Below are positions 39,747 through 49,192 of a DNA stretch of 64,000 bases, piece by piece. Position 1 is the first letter of the stretch. Every line of letters starts with the position of its first letter. A program made the position numbers and the translations under genes. The notes below the pieces were generated by a model. It worked only from the letters and a program-made list of their open reading frames with translations, made no database searches and had not been told where the DNA came from. Origin of the DNA: an uncultured Desulfospira sp. (lineage in GTDB: Bacteria; Desulfobacterota; Desulfobacteria; Desulfobacterales; Desulfobacteraceae); assembly GCA_963663165.1 (NCBI GenBank), contig OY760175.1:3936001-4000000 (forward strand). Direction: 5' to 3'.

Positions 39747-40340
39747 ATGACAAATGAGCAGGCACAACGTAACGGCAACACCGCCGGGCAGCACATTGGC
39801 TACATTCGGGTAAGCACCATTGACCAGAACACCCAGCGACAACTTGACGGCATCAGGTTGGACCGGACATTCACGGATAAGATCAGTGGCAAGGATGTTA
39901 ACAGGCCGAGTCTTCAAGAGTGCCTAAGTTATGTCCGGCAGGGAGACGCGCTTCATGTCCACAGTATGGATAGACTTGCCCGGAATCTGATGGATCTTCA
40001 AAAGATGGTTGAGGACCTTACGGCCAAGGGTGTGACTGTCCATTTCCACAAGGAAAGCCTGGTGTTCAATAATGACGCCAACGCTATGAGCCACCTAATG
40101 CTCCAGATTATGGGCGCTGTCGCTGAGTTTGAACGGTCGTTGATCCGGGAGCGGCAACAAGAAGGGATCGCCAAGGCCAAGCAAGCAGGCAAGCACCTGG
40201 GGCGGCGTTACAGTATGACAATGGAGCAGGTCAAGGAAGCCATGGCCATGATAGACGGCGGGTCTTCCAAGACTGAAGTCGCTGAGTACTTCGGGATCAG
40301 CCGTCAAAGCCTATATCGGAACCTGGAACGGACGGCGTAA
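39747..40340 (+). CDS. Small serine recombinase (resolvase/invertase)
   Basis: IGYIRVSTIDQN, DRLARN, AEFERSLIRERQ, HTH ISRQSLYR. Confidence 0.93.
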   Translation: MTNEQAQRNGNTAGQHIGYIRVSTIDQNTQRQLDGIRLDRTFTDKISGKDVNRPSLQECLSYVRQGDALHVHSMDRLARNLMDLQKMVEDLTAKGVTVHFHKESLVFNNDANAMSHLMLQIMGAVAEFERSLIRERQQEGIAKAKQAGKHLGRRYSMTMEQVKEAMAMIDGGSSKTEVAEYFGISRQSLYRNLERTA

Positions 40341-40748
40341 ATGTGGGCCTGAGGGCTCGATATTTTCGATTTCAGGGCCGTTTGCCACCCATGGTATACG
40401 ACTCTATCAACGGCGGTTGATTGCCGTTCAGATTCATTATTAGGCCGCTCAAATTACTATCAGTAATGTATAGGTTATGCATCATGTGTGCCACAGTTTG
40501 GATCGACTGATAGTCAAGCTATTCCGTCTCGGCACGATTCATGCTTATATTTACATTTAGAGGGACCTCACGCTGCACCAAAATCGACAAAACGTCCCTG
40601 AAATCGTGGTGGTCTGAGCTTTCCAATGGATCTATGGTTCCGGACCGATGACCTTGGTACGTTAGATGCCCTCAGTTCTGAGGAGGGCTCCCACGGCTAC
40701 GCATAGCCCACTACAACCGCCCCCGAAAGCCTACGATTTCAGTAAGAT

Positions 40749-40909
40749 TAACTGAATATCTAAAGAGAAGACGTCGGGCTTACAGTGCCGGTCCATTGTC
40801 CGGCTTTATATATAACCACAATGATGGGTGTCAGGTTAAAACCTGGTGGTCATCATTGTGGTTTCCAGGCTATTTTAGGGTTCCTGAACGTAACTGAATA
40901 TCTAAAGAG
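40749..40909 (+). repeat. Two copies of the 19-mer TAACTGAATATCTAAAGAG
   Basis: 40749-40767 and 40891-40909. Confidence 0.85.
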
Positions 40910-41167
40910 GAAAAATCGAATATGGGCCGTATCGCCGGATTCCTCATCTGGGCTTTTGACAATCTGTTTTGGGGCAAAAGGTACGTACCCAATGTTCAAC
41001 CACCCGTCAACCCATAACCATAGGAGAAACCACTATGATTTGACCGCTGGTATTTTGCAAACAATACGCACACCTATTTTCCCAATCTTGCGCCGAATTT
41101 CAATGCACAGACCCAATTTTATACCGGTTGGAGTTCGACGGCCATAACCCCCTTGGAGAACAATGCA

Positions 41168-41374
41168 ATGCCTTCAAAACCGGCCCCAAAGCCCGAAAGT
41201 ACAACAGTAAGAGAACATCTTGACCCCCTGGCTAAGGCCCTGGCTAACCCCCGAAGTCTACGGGCCGCTATCAATGCCAAGTGCTATGACTGCTGTTGTT
41301 ACCAGCGAATTGAAGTAACTAAATGTACATCTACCGACTGCCCTCTTCACAACCTGCGGCCCTGGCAGAGATAA
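41168..41374 (+). CDS. Small Cys-rich (putative Zn-binding) phage-type protein
   Basis: AINAKCYDCC...EVTKCTSTDCPL; GGAG upstream. Confidence 0.6.
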   Translation: MPSKPAPKPESTTVREHLDPLAKALANPRSLRAAINAKCYDCCCYQRIEVTKCTSTDCPLHNLRPWQR

Positions 41375-41440
41375 GCCCAGGATCGCCAATTTATTACAGG
41401 AGAATATCATTATGAAAGACAACCCACAGACAACCCCCAG

Positions 41441-41731
41441 TTGCGGTCCGTCGTAAGCATCAACAGGCATGGATACCAGCGTACCACCTTGTCAGGCCGC
41501 CGGTCCCTGTACCCGATCAACACCAGGATAGACAGGGAGTCCCATGACCACCTGGAAAGCCTTGTGGCTTACTATAATGGGATCACCGGTCTCAAGGTCC
41601 GGCCTTGTGTGATCATAAGACGTGCCCTGGCTGTACTTGCAGGCCGTATACCCAATGCTGACCCGGCGCTTGAACAAGCGGCAATCGTTCAGTGTAGCCA
41701 TTTGGAAGATCACCATAGGGAGACATTATGA
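41441..41731 (+). CDS. Small hypothetical protein, possibly RHH-like; may be frameshifted from the ATG at 41412
   Basis: INTRIDRESHDHL...IIRRAL; overlaps the RNase H start; strong RBS AGGAG precedes the out-of-frame ATG 41412. Confidence 0.45.
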   Translation: MRSVVSINRHGYQRTTLSGRRSLYPINTRIDRESHDHLESLVAYYNGITGLKVRPCVIIRRALAVLAGRIPNADPALEQAAIVQCSHLEDHHRETL

Positions 41732-42402
41732 ATTATCACGTTATCAGTACCGGTAATGGGACCGGGGGGATCTTCACCAGCAAGGCAAACGCCATGGAAT
41801 TTATGAAGACTCATTCCGGGACCTACAGGGTTATGGACCATCTGCCCGATCGGATTCCACCAAAGGATGCCTTCCGGCCTGAACCCGACGTTGAACCTGT
41901 AGTTCCCACGACTGTAAAGGATCTGGTGGGGCCACTCACGATCTATACGGATGGTTCTTGTCATGGGAATCCTGGACCAGGCGGCTATGGTGTGGTGATC
42001 AAAGACGAATCCCCGGCGTCAATGCTTGAGTTATCCCAGGGTTTCAGCAGGACTACCAGTAATCGGATGGAACTTATGGCCGTTATCACTGTTCTGGAGA
42101 CAATCCCGGATTTGTCCACCACCATCCATAGTGATAGTGCATATGTGATCAGCAGTATTAACCAGGGATGGGCCAAGGGATGGAGGGCCAAGGGATGGCT
42201 TAAGCGTGACGGCAAACCTGCCCTAAATACTGATCTATGGGAACGCCTGTTAAATCTTATGGAGAATTTCAATGATCTCACCTTTAGACATGTTAAAGGG
42301 CACAGTGGAAATTCTCTGAATGAAAAGGCTGACAGTCTGGCGAACAGTGCGGCTGACAGTGATAACTTGATTGGGGATATTGGATATGGGTCTAAGGACT
42401 GA
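41728..42402 (+). CDS. rnhA: Ribonuclease HI with N-terminal extension
   Basis: IYTDGSCHGNPGPGGYG, TSNRMEL, HSDSAYV, HVKGHSG..NEKADSLA (all catalytic residues). Confidence 0.93.
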   Translation: MNYHVISTGNGTGGIFTSKANAMEFMKTHSGTYRVMDHLPDRIPPKDAFRPEPDVEPVVPTTVKDLVGPLTIYTDGSCHGNPGPGGYGVVIKDESPASMLELSQGFSRTTSNRMELMAVITVLETIPDLSTTIHSDSAYVISSINQGWAKGWRAKGWLKRDGKPALNTDLWERLLNLMENFNDLTFRHVKGHSGNSLNEKADSLANSAADSDNLIGDIGYGSKD

Positions 42403-42443
42403 GGGTTGTTCCTTTCCTGTTAACCTTTAATATAGAGAGGATA

Positions 42444-42520
42444 TGACCTTTAGTTGACCTTTAGTTGACCTTAGTTGACCTTAGTTGGCCTTAGTTGGCC
42501 TTAGTTGACCTTAGTTGACC
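42444..42520 (+). repeat. Tandem array of 10/11-mers TGRCCTT(T)AGT, 7.5 copies
   Basis: TGACCTTTAGT x2, TGACCTTAGT x2, TGGCCTTAGT x2, TGACCTTAGT, TGACC. Confidence 0.95.
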
Positions 42521-42629
42521 AGATACTAACCCTAAGTAGACACCCCCAGTACCAGATTAATAAGACACTTTTTGTGGTGAAATTTCACTATTTTGAACTT
42601 TTTCATAACACACCAGTAATAAAGGACAA

Positions 42630-43940
42630 TTGCCTATGACAAATAACCATCCCCCGGTTAACGCCTGGGATCTCTATGAGGGGCGCCGGGCTGTTATTGA
42701 CCAGTATCGTGACCCGGATAATCAGGAACGCTTCAATAACTACCGGTATATCACAATGAATTTATGGAGTGAGGGCCCCCAGGTTGATCGCCTGGTTACA
42801 AAACTGTCCCTCATGATGTGGAGCGCCGACCATCAAAAACGGCATGATAACTTCAAGGTGGTCTTACTGAATCTCTTGAAGATATACGACAGCGACCCAT
42901 CCCGATATTTAGGATATCACCGGAACAATAATTTCTACACCGGCCTGAAAGCCCGCTTCAATCCTGCCGGGATAAGCCGCTTGGTCAATGATATTATTGA
43001 CAGCCTGGCAAAGGAAGACTTGGTGGAGAATCATCAGGGTAGATACTGGCGGGATCTAAAGATGGGCTACATAAGCAAAGTACGGACCACAAAGGATCTT
43101 ATTGACCTGATGACCGTCCACGGGGTCACTCCTGATCTGATCACCCGACACCCTGATACTGAGGTCATTATTCTCAAAGGCCCTAAGACCTGGAAGCATA
43201 GAGGGGGCCGTATGGTCAAAGTCAGCGGTCAATATCAGGAATACAACGATACCCAGGAAACGGGCGCCATGCGGGAACGCCTGGTAGCCTACAATCAGTT
43301 TATGGCTGGTGTAACCCTGGAGTATGACGGCGCTGTCATTCCCATTGGCCCTACCCGCCGGATTTTCAATGGGTCTTGGGACCAGGGAGGACGCTTCTAT
43401 GGTGGATTCTGGCAGAGCCTTTCAAAGGATAAGCGGTCCACCATAAAGCTGAACGGGGAGCCGGTCATTGAGTTGGACTACGGGAGCCTACACACCCACT
43501 TGTTGTACTGCCGGACCAATGCCACCCCGGAGGGGGATCTTTATGATTTACCCGGCGTTTCCCGCAAAGTGGCAAAACGTGCCGTTCTTCTGATGATCGG
43601 GAGCCGCCGCCGGTCCAATGTAATTCGGAACCTGGAGTCCTTTATCAGGGCTGAATACCCCAAGTCTGACCTTGAGGCCAAAGCCGTTACAACGGCCCTG
43701 GAAGACCGCCATAAGCCCCTGGAGAATCTTTGGTACAATGGCCGGGGTCTTGACCTTCAACACCAGGACAGCCTTATATGTGGCCGTATTCTGACCACCC
43801 TGACTGCCATGGGGATACCCTGCCTAAGCCTGTATGATAGCTTTATTGTTCCGGAACGGTATGAGGAATGCTTGAGAGGGCTCATGGTGGCTTGCTTCCG
43901 GGAGATCACCGGGGTGGCTTATGATCCACCCATAGATTAA
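42630..43940 (+). CDS. Family-A DNA polymerase / T7-RNA-polymerase-superfamily-like protein (minimal, TV-Pol-like)
   Basis: GGRFYGGFWQ pre-motif, motif A IELDYGSLH, motif B RKVAK, LQHQDS, motif C LSLYDSFIV. Confidence 0.65.
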   Translation: MPMTNNHPPVNAWDLYEGRRAVIDQYRDPDNQERFNNYRYITMNLWSEGPQVDRLVTKLSLMMWSADHQKRHDNFKVVLLNLLKIYDSDPSRYLGYHRNNNFYTGLKARFNPAGISRLVNDIIDSLAKEDLVENHQGRYWRDLKMGYISKVRTTKDLIDLMTVHGVTPDLITRHPDTEVIILKGPKTWKHRGGRMVKVSGQYQEYNDTQETGAMRERLVAYNQFMAGVTLEYDGAVIPIGPTRRIFNGSWDQGGRFYGGFWQSLSKDKRSTIKLNGEPVIELDYGSLHTHLLYCRTNATPEGDLYDLPGVSRKVAKRAVLLMIGSRRRSNVIRNLESFIRAEYPKSDLEAKAVTTALEDRHKPLENLWYNGRGLDLQHQDSLICGRILTTLTAMGIPCLSLYDSFIVPERYEECLRGLMVACFREITGVAYDPPID

Positions 43941-43949
43941 GGCGGGGAT

Positions 43950-43993
43950 GCCCATCCCGGTGAAGGATCATTGCGATAATCACCGGGATGGGC
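43950..43993. terminator. GC-rich hairpin between convergent genes
   Basis: GCCCATCCCGGTGA...TCACCGGGATGGGC, 14-bp stem, no U-tract. Confidence 0.5.
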
Positions 43994-44001
43994 CGGGGTG
44001 G

Positions 44002-44283
44002 CTATGACATCGGGGCCGACTCGGTTCTCTTCTGTGTCTTAATTCCCAGACCTGCTGCCTTTATGACAGACCTCAGTCCATTGGTCTTAGTTTCCAGTTC
44101 TGTGGTCAGTAACTCAATAAATGCCTGATTGTCAGAGTCCAATTGATCCCATTCAACAAAGGTATCGGATTGTTCATCAAAGATAAAAGCGCCGGGGATA
44201 ACTTCAATTTTCGTTTGATCAGTTCTAAGCTCCATAGGTGTCTCCATTCGTTTTAGGTTTGTGGGACAGGCGGTCCCGAACAT
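44002..44283 (-). CDS. Hypothetical protein (start probably ~44235-44247)
   Basis: ORF with protein-like composition, no recognised motif. Confidence 0.45.
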   Translation of the reverse strand: MFGTACPTNLKRMETPMELRTDQTKIEVIPGAFIFDEQSDTFVEWDQLDSDNQAFIELLTTELETKTNGLRSVIKAAGLGIKTQKRTESAPMS

Positions 44284-44521
44284 GCCACGAATAGATCATG
44301 ATGGCCTAATCTTGTCAAGCAAATTATTCTATTATTTCAAGTATTTATATACTTTTCTGCAACAGTTAACAAGGTGGCAATAATTGTTGATTGGAAAAAT
44401 AACGTGGGTGCCTTGCCGGTGCTGGTTACCCTTACTCATGGTGATTCTACCGATTGACAACATTCCCAAGACCACCTTTAGAAATCCTAAAAGTCATTTT
44501 TTTCGTCATCGTCTAAACCGC

Positions 44522-45413
44522 TTACAGCCTCTTGGTTTGCCCCCCACACTTAGCCCAGCGTGACCTTTTCAGAGGCTCAAGGTCCACCTCATAGCTCAAC
44601 TTAAGGATCGCAGCATCATATAGGACATCCACCTGGTATTTCTTCCCGTACCGCCCCATGGTCTCTCCCTGGAGAACATGACCAGTGAGTTCGTCAATGA
44701 GACTGTCCTTGATTAACTGCTGTTTGAGATTGTCAGTCAGGGTGTGCCGGAAGCTGTGATAGACCTTTTTAGGTGAGTCAATCCCACACGCTTTACGGAA
44801 GCGTCCAAACCATTTGGTTGCCTTGTGGCCGTAGTTATCGTTCTGGTATGGCAGTTCGGGAAACAGGCGAGTCTCACCCTTGCTTCTCAGATACTCCACA
44901 TAGCCCTTGAGGTTCAGTTCATCGCCGACAAATGGGTGGATCGGTATGGTCCGGTGCCCAGAGTCGCTTTTAACGCTGATTGTTTCATCCTGGGCGTCTT
45001 CCTGGAAGGTGAACGTATAGACGCCGTCAATGGTCTGGATGTCATCAAGGCGCAACTGGCAGAGTTCGTTGAGTCTGGCTCCGGTGTATAGTCCCAGGAT
45101 CGGTAACCAAAATTGATACGGCTCGGTGAATATGTCTTTGGTGTATCCTGGTGCTCCAAACAGCGCTTTCAGATCATCCGTGCTGAATGCATCTCTTTGC
45201 TTGTCCGGACTGACCCGCTTGGTTTTGACCTTCTTACCTTCAGCGTAGTTCGTGTCCATGTAGCCGTTGCCGACACACCACTTGAAAAACGCACTAAGGC
45301 TGCTCAAATAACGGTTTACCGTGGATTCACTCATGGTGGGCGCATCAACAGTTTTATTGATCTGGATGATCTCGGGAACGGTCTTGCTTTGGAAAACTTT
45401 CTTTTTGTTCATC
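44522..45413 (-). pseudogene. Tyrosine integrase, C-terminal catalytic part
   Basis: YTGARLNEL, YHSFRH, LTGH, RY; joins 49766-50613 in frame once the transposon is removed. Confidence 0.9.
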
Positions 45414-45700
45414 CCCGCTTGATGAGATTCAAATAGTGTAACGGTATTATAGATTTAAGACATCAACAAAATATCAAATTTTTGTATAATTTAAGCTTGT
45501 TGCAAGAGGGGGTCAATAAAAACAGAGTTGCAAAATAATGTAACGGGCTAAAAATAATTCAATAATGATCTGTGGTTTCGCGTTTTTCAACAATCAGTCA
45601 GGCAAAAATCGACATCAAAATATATAAGGATAAAATACAGGCAGGCCAACTTCGGCTTATACCAAAGTGACCTGTTGATGCAGATAGGTTGTGATAAGGA

Positions 45701-46363
45701 TTATTGGGGAGGCAGATCTGATATAAATTCCAGGGCAAGATTAATATCAACAAATTGATGATTCAGTTCCTTTGCTCTGTCCCGGCAGTCTGTACAGATT
45801 TCTTTAAATTTGCGCATATCACCTTTAACAGACATATAAATCTGCTCAACGGCTTCCTGCTGGATGTCTTTGTATTCTTCAATGAAGTCCTCGACCTCTA
45901 TGGGATACAAAATCAGGGTTTTCAAGCGGCTGAGTATATCAGGATGGTTCCGGCTCAAATAAGTTCTCACCTTCGGCAAGCCCGCAAATACGATGGGAAC
46001 CCCGGCATCAATAATCCGTTTGAGATATGGCCAAACCCGGGCGTCCAAGTCATTAGCCTCATCTATGACGATAAAACAATTGGAGAGATTACAGATCATT
46101 TTCAGGTACTGGGGAGTCCGGCGGTAAGTGGCAGTGGCCTCATAATTTAATTCCTTGAGTATTGCGGCCAGGGTTTCATGTATATTAAACAGAGACTCAA
46201 CCCATACAGAATGGAGCTTTTTGGGGTGCAGCAATTTTAAAAACCGGGTTTTTCCTGCACCAAAGCCGCCTTCAATGAGGACGCTTTGGCCTCTGTAGAT
46301 CCGGTTATAAGTGGCAGACAAGTATGAGACCCTTCGTTTATCACTGATAAAATCCTCTTTCAT
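45701..46363 (-). CDS. AAA+ ATPase transposition helper (TnsC/IstB/MuB-like)
   Basis: GGFGAGKT, IVIDEA, ILSRL, GDMR; ATGA overlap with the transposase. Confidence 0.85.
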   Translation of the reverse strand: MKEDFISDKRRVSYLSATYNRIYRGQSVLIEGGFGAGKTRFLKLLHPKKLHSVWVESLFNIHETLAAILKELNYEATATYRRTPQYLKMICNLSNCFIVIDEANDLDARVWPYLKRIIDAGVPIVFAGLPKVRTYLSRNHPDILSRLKTLILYPIEVEDFIEEYKDIQQEAVEQIYMSVKGDMRKFKEICTDCRDRAKELNHQFVDINLALEFISDLPPQ

Positions 46364-48027
46364 GTTATGTCTCCGTGGGATGCATAAGTGGCTACATGGT
46401 TTGTATTTAAAGATTTTTGGCAGTCGAGCATAAATGCATTGAACAGAGCCTGATTTTTACGGTCATCCGGCTGGTTCATCTTTTTCATGTAATCTGCGTA
46501 CCTTGATTGATTATGCTTCAGCACTTGTTCCGCCCGGGCCAGGGTGATGCCTTTATGATAAACTTCGATTAAAACAGGCCGGTCAACGGCCATATTGTGC
46601 TTTTCTAAAAGAGCGATAATGGTGTCAAGTTCATCAGGCGGCACAGGCGAAGGTTCCGGTGCCGGCGGTCTGTCAAAGGGCTTTTTTGCAATGGCTTCGC
46701 CCAACAGTATACCGTCTTCATTTTGCTCAAAAATAAAAAGCTTGTCCTTGTATCTGGATATTTTCACCGGTGTGCTTTTATGTTTGCTGAACTTATCTGC
46801 ACCACTGGTCACATAATAATCCCGCTTGTCATGACGGATGGTTCTGTTTTTGGATACGGTGGCTTTGATTTTTCTGTAGCCGTACTTCATATATTCCTGA
46901 ACCTGGTTCGGGGTAAAAAGCAAGGTGTCTGCCCGGGTTGATAAAAAATCATCAAATTTCTGTGCCGGCACCCAGGCACTGACCACCCCGTCTTCGGTAA
47001 AATAATGTTGTGTATGATTATGAACGTTTCGGTAGTCGCTGAGCATAGTGCTGCTCCTTAATTCCTGAAGGCTGATATCAAGGAGGGTTACCGTAATTTT
47101 TTCCTTTCTTCCCCGCTTGAAGTCATATTCGGTAACGGTTTTCACAATCCTGTCCTCAAAAGCTTTGATAATCCGTATTTCAAAATTGTGAAGGCTCCGG
47201 TGTGAAGATTCCAGGTGTGCCTTATCCTTGGGTGAATACACCCTTGAAAAATCCGCAGCCAAATAGAAGCCTTGCGGTGTAGAGTGCGCAAGGTTAATGG
47301 CATTGATGGGACGTTTTAGGTTTAAAAAACCCTTTGCCTGGTCAGGCCTGATACCGATTTCTTGCAAAGGGAAAGGGGTACTCAATAAAAAACGGGTAAA
47401 AAGATCCACAGAGTTCAGGCTGCTTTCGGTAAAATAAAAGTCCAGGATAAACATGTTCCTGGAACCGGTATCAAATATTTCAATAACCTGTGGCTTTTGC
47501 CAGTTACCGTGTTCATCTCTGATCCTTAGATATTGAAATTTGCAGCCGTCAACCTGGATCAACGCAAATACCGGCACCGACTTAAAGGCATGAATTACCG
47601 GGACCTGGTCCTGTTCATCCTCTTTTTCCAGGTAAAATTTAAGATTTTCCCTTTTGACGCATCGCCGAAGTGCATGAAGACTGATGGGTCTGCCCAATTC
47701 CTGTTCAAGCCAGTAATGATAATTTTTAATGGTCCTGGCTTTCCGGGTGATAAAAATGAATCCCCGGGATGAGGGATCGCATGACGCCTTGACCATTTCA
47801 ATAAACCGTCTTCTGGTTTGCTCATCTATTGCTCTTGGCCGTCCGCTGCACTTGCGGCCTTCCATAACTCCTTTTTCAACCAATAAAAGGGCTGGCGGGA
47901 TAATTCCGGTTTTCTTGTACTGGTCCTTGTAATATTTTTTGGATCGTCTCTTGGCAGACCCGGTTTTATTCATGATTTTTTTGTGCAGCAGTAAATGAAA
48001 ACGGTCATCAATCGTCAGATCATTCAT
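46360..48027 (-). CDS. rve/Mu-like DDE transposase
   Basis: QVDG, RPDQAKGF, PKDKAHLESSH; inside the TIRs. Confidence 0.8.
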   Translation of the reverse strand: MNDLTIDDRFHLLLHKKIMNKTGSAKRRSKKYYKDQYKKTGIIPPALLLVEKGVMEGRKCSGRPRAIDEQTRRRFIEMVKASCDPSSRGFIFITRKARTIKNYHYWLEQELGRPISLHALRRCVKRENLKFYLEKEDEQDQVPVIHAFKSVPVFALIQVDGCKFQYLRIRDEHGNWQKPQVIEIFDTGSRNMFILDFYFTESSLNSVDLFTRFLLSTPFPLQEIGIRPDQAKGFLNLKRPINAINLAHSTPQGFYLAADFSRVYSPKDKAHLESSHRSLHNFEIRIIKAFEDRIVKTVTEYDFKRGRKEKITVTLLDISLQELRSSTMLSDYRNVHNHTQHYFTEDGVVSAWVPAQKFDDFLSTRADTLLFTPNQVQEYMKYGYRKIKATVSKNRTIRHDKRDYYVTSGADKFSKHKSTPVKISRYKDKLFIFEQNEDGILLGEAIAKKPFDRPPAPEPSPVPPDELDTIIALLEKHNMAVDRPVLIEVYHKGITLARAEQVLKHNQSRYADYMKKMNQPDDRKNQALFNAFMLDCQKSLNTNHVATYASHGDIT

Positions 48028-48577
48028 TATCTGCTCCCTTTGATACAATCTTTTCGTATATGACCCGGTGCCATAACAATGCGGCCTGACGGGAGGTTTT
48101 CTGCCAATGATCATGCTGGGCCACACGGACCTGTTCAAGCATTGCCTCTACAGCAGCCATGTATTCATTGGCAATTCGATCTGTCAGATCCGGGTTGCTT
48201 ACCGGAACCGTTTTCCGGGCCTCAATAAATCTTTTGATATTTCGTGCGGTCAGTTCCATGCCGCTGTTTATGATTTCCCTCCAGATACTGCGTTGTTCTA
48301 TGGAGTCCATTTGAGTAAGGGGACGGACCTGGGATTCGTTGGCAGGCAGCCTGTCGCCAATTGGCGACAAATTGTAGATCACTTCATAGGCTCTGATCAG
48401 GCGGTAGGCATAAGCCTTGCCCATATCCCACCGCTGCCTGGTATATGTTTCAAACGACTCAAACAAAGCCTGTTTGTATAAACGGTTATCACGAATTTCT
48501 TTCAAGGCCTGGCCGATTTTATAAAAACATTCCTGGTTGCGACCAATCAGGGTTTCAAGCTCAAGCAACCGTTCCAT
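48020..48577 (-). CDS. Passenger: putative DNA-binding protein (phage-type IGxALxEIR..LY...FExY..W family)
   Basis: KIGQALKEIRDNRLY...FETYTRQRWDM..AYRLI, NESQVRPL. Confidence 0.7.
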   Translation of the reverse strand: MERLLELETLIGRNQECFYKIGQALKEIRDNRLYKQALFESFETYTRQRWDMGKAYAYRLIRAYEVIYNLSPIGDRLPANESQVRPLTQMDSIEQRSIWREIINSGMELTARNIKRFIEARKTVPVSNPDLTDRIANEYMAAVEAMLEQVRVAQHDHWQKTSRQAALLWHRVIYEKIVSKGADNE

Positions 48578-48579
48578 AT

Positions 48580-48936
48580 TTACTGCCCTGCCGGCATGGG
48601 TCTGCCGACCATAGCAGCAAGAGCCGTCAATTTTGCTGCCTGAACCTGGGGTGCAGTATTTATTTGTTTCAAAAACAAAACACTATCCCGGAAGCCATAA
48701 CCCTTGATTTTCATGACAAGGTCGATGGTATTAAAATTCTTTTCGCATCTGAAGCACCGGGCCAGGTTCGTGGCTGGATTTACAGCGGTTTGAAATTCAT
48801 TGCACAAAGGGCATAGAAAACGAAAATAGCCATCCCTGATCTTGGATGGAATCTGTAAATGATCCCTGATCAGCATATCAACAGGGATATTGTTTCTCAG
48901 TTCAAATAATTGCCTGGATGAAAATCTGTTCTTCAA
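48580..48936 (-). CDS. Passenger: stand-alone primase-type (CHC2-like) zinc-finger protein
   Basis: FLCPLC...ARCFRCEKNFNTIDLVM...GFRDSV..L. Confidence 0.75.
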   Translation of the reverse strand: MKNRFSSRQLFELRNNIPVDMLIRDHLQIPSKIRDGYFRFLCPLCNEFQTAVNPATNLARCFRCEKNFNTIDLVMKIKGYGFRDSVLFLKQINTAPQVQAAKLTALAAMVGRPMPAGQ

Positions 48937-49192
48937 AAGACACCTCCTTGTTTTTTAAATTTCAGGTGCCTTTTTTATATCATCGGCCAGAGCCGTCTGT
49001 CAGTTGCCTCTTAAACTGGAATGGGGATTACTTTGTTGATATCTACCTGTATTATCAGCGGATTACGCACATGATGCCTCTTAGAATTAAACCTCGATTA
49101 GTCTGTCAATATACCTTTACATTACAGTTAGTTATCCCAACCATGTCTCTTGAAACCAATACTCGATTAGTCGTTTATGCCAAGGGGATATT

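Noticed and set aside
42444..42520. Repeat array as a CRISPR
   Set aside because: Units are 10-11 bp, directly adjacent, with no spacers and no cas genes
42630..43940. Reverse transcriptase (retron/DGR/DRT) next to RNase H
   Set aside because: No YxDD or other RT motifs; the motifs fit the Pol A/T7 superfamily better
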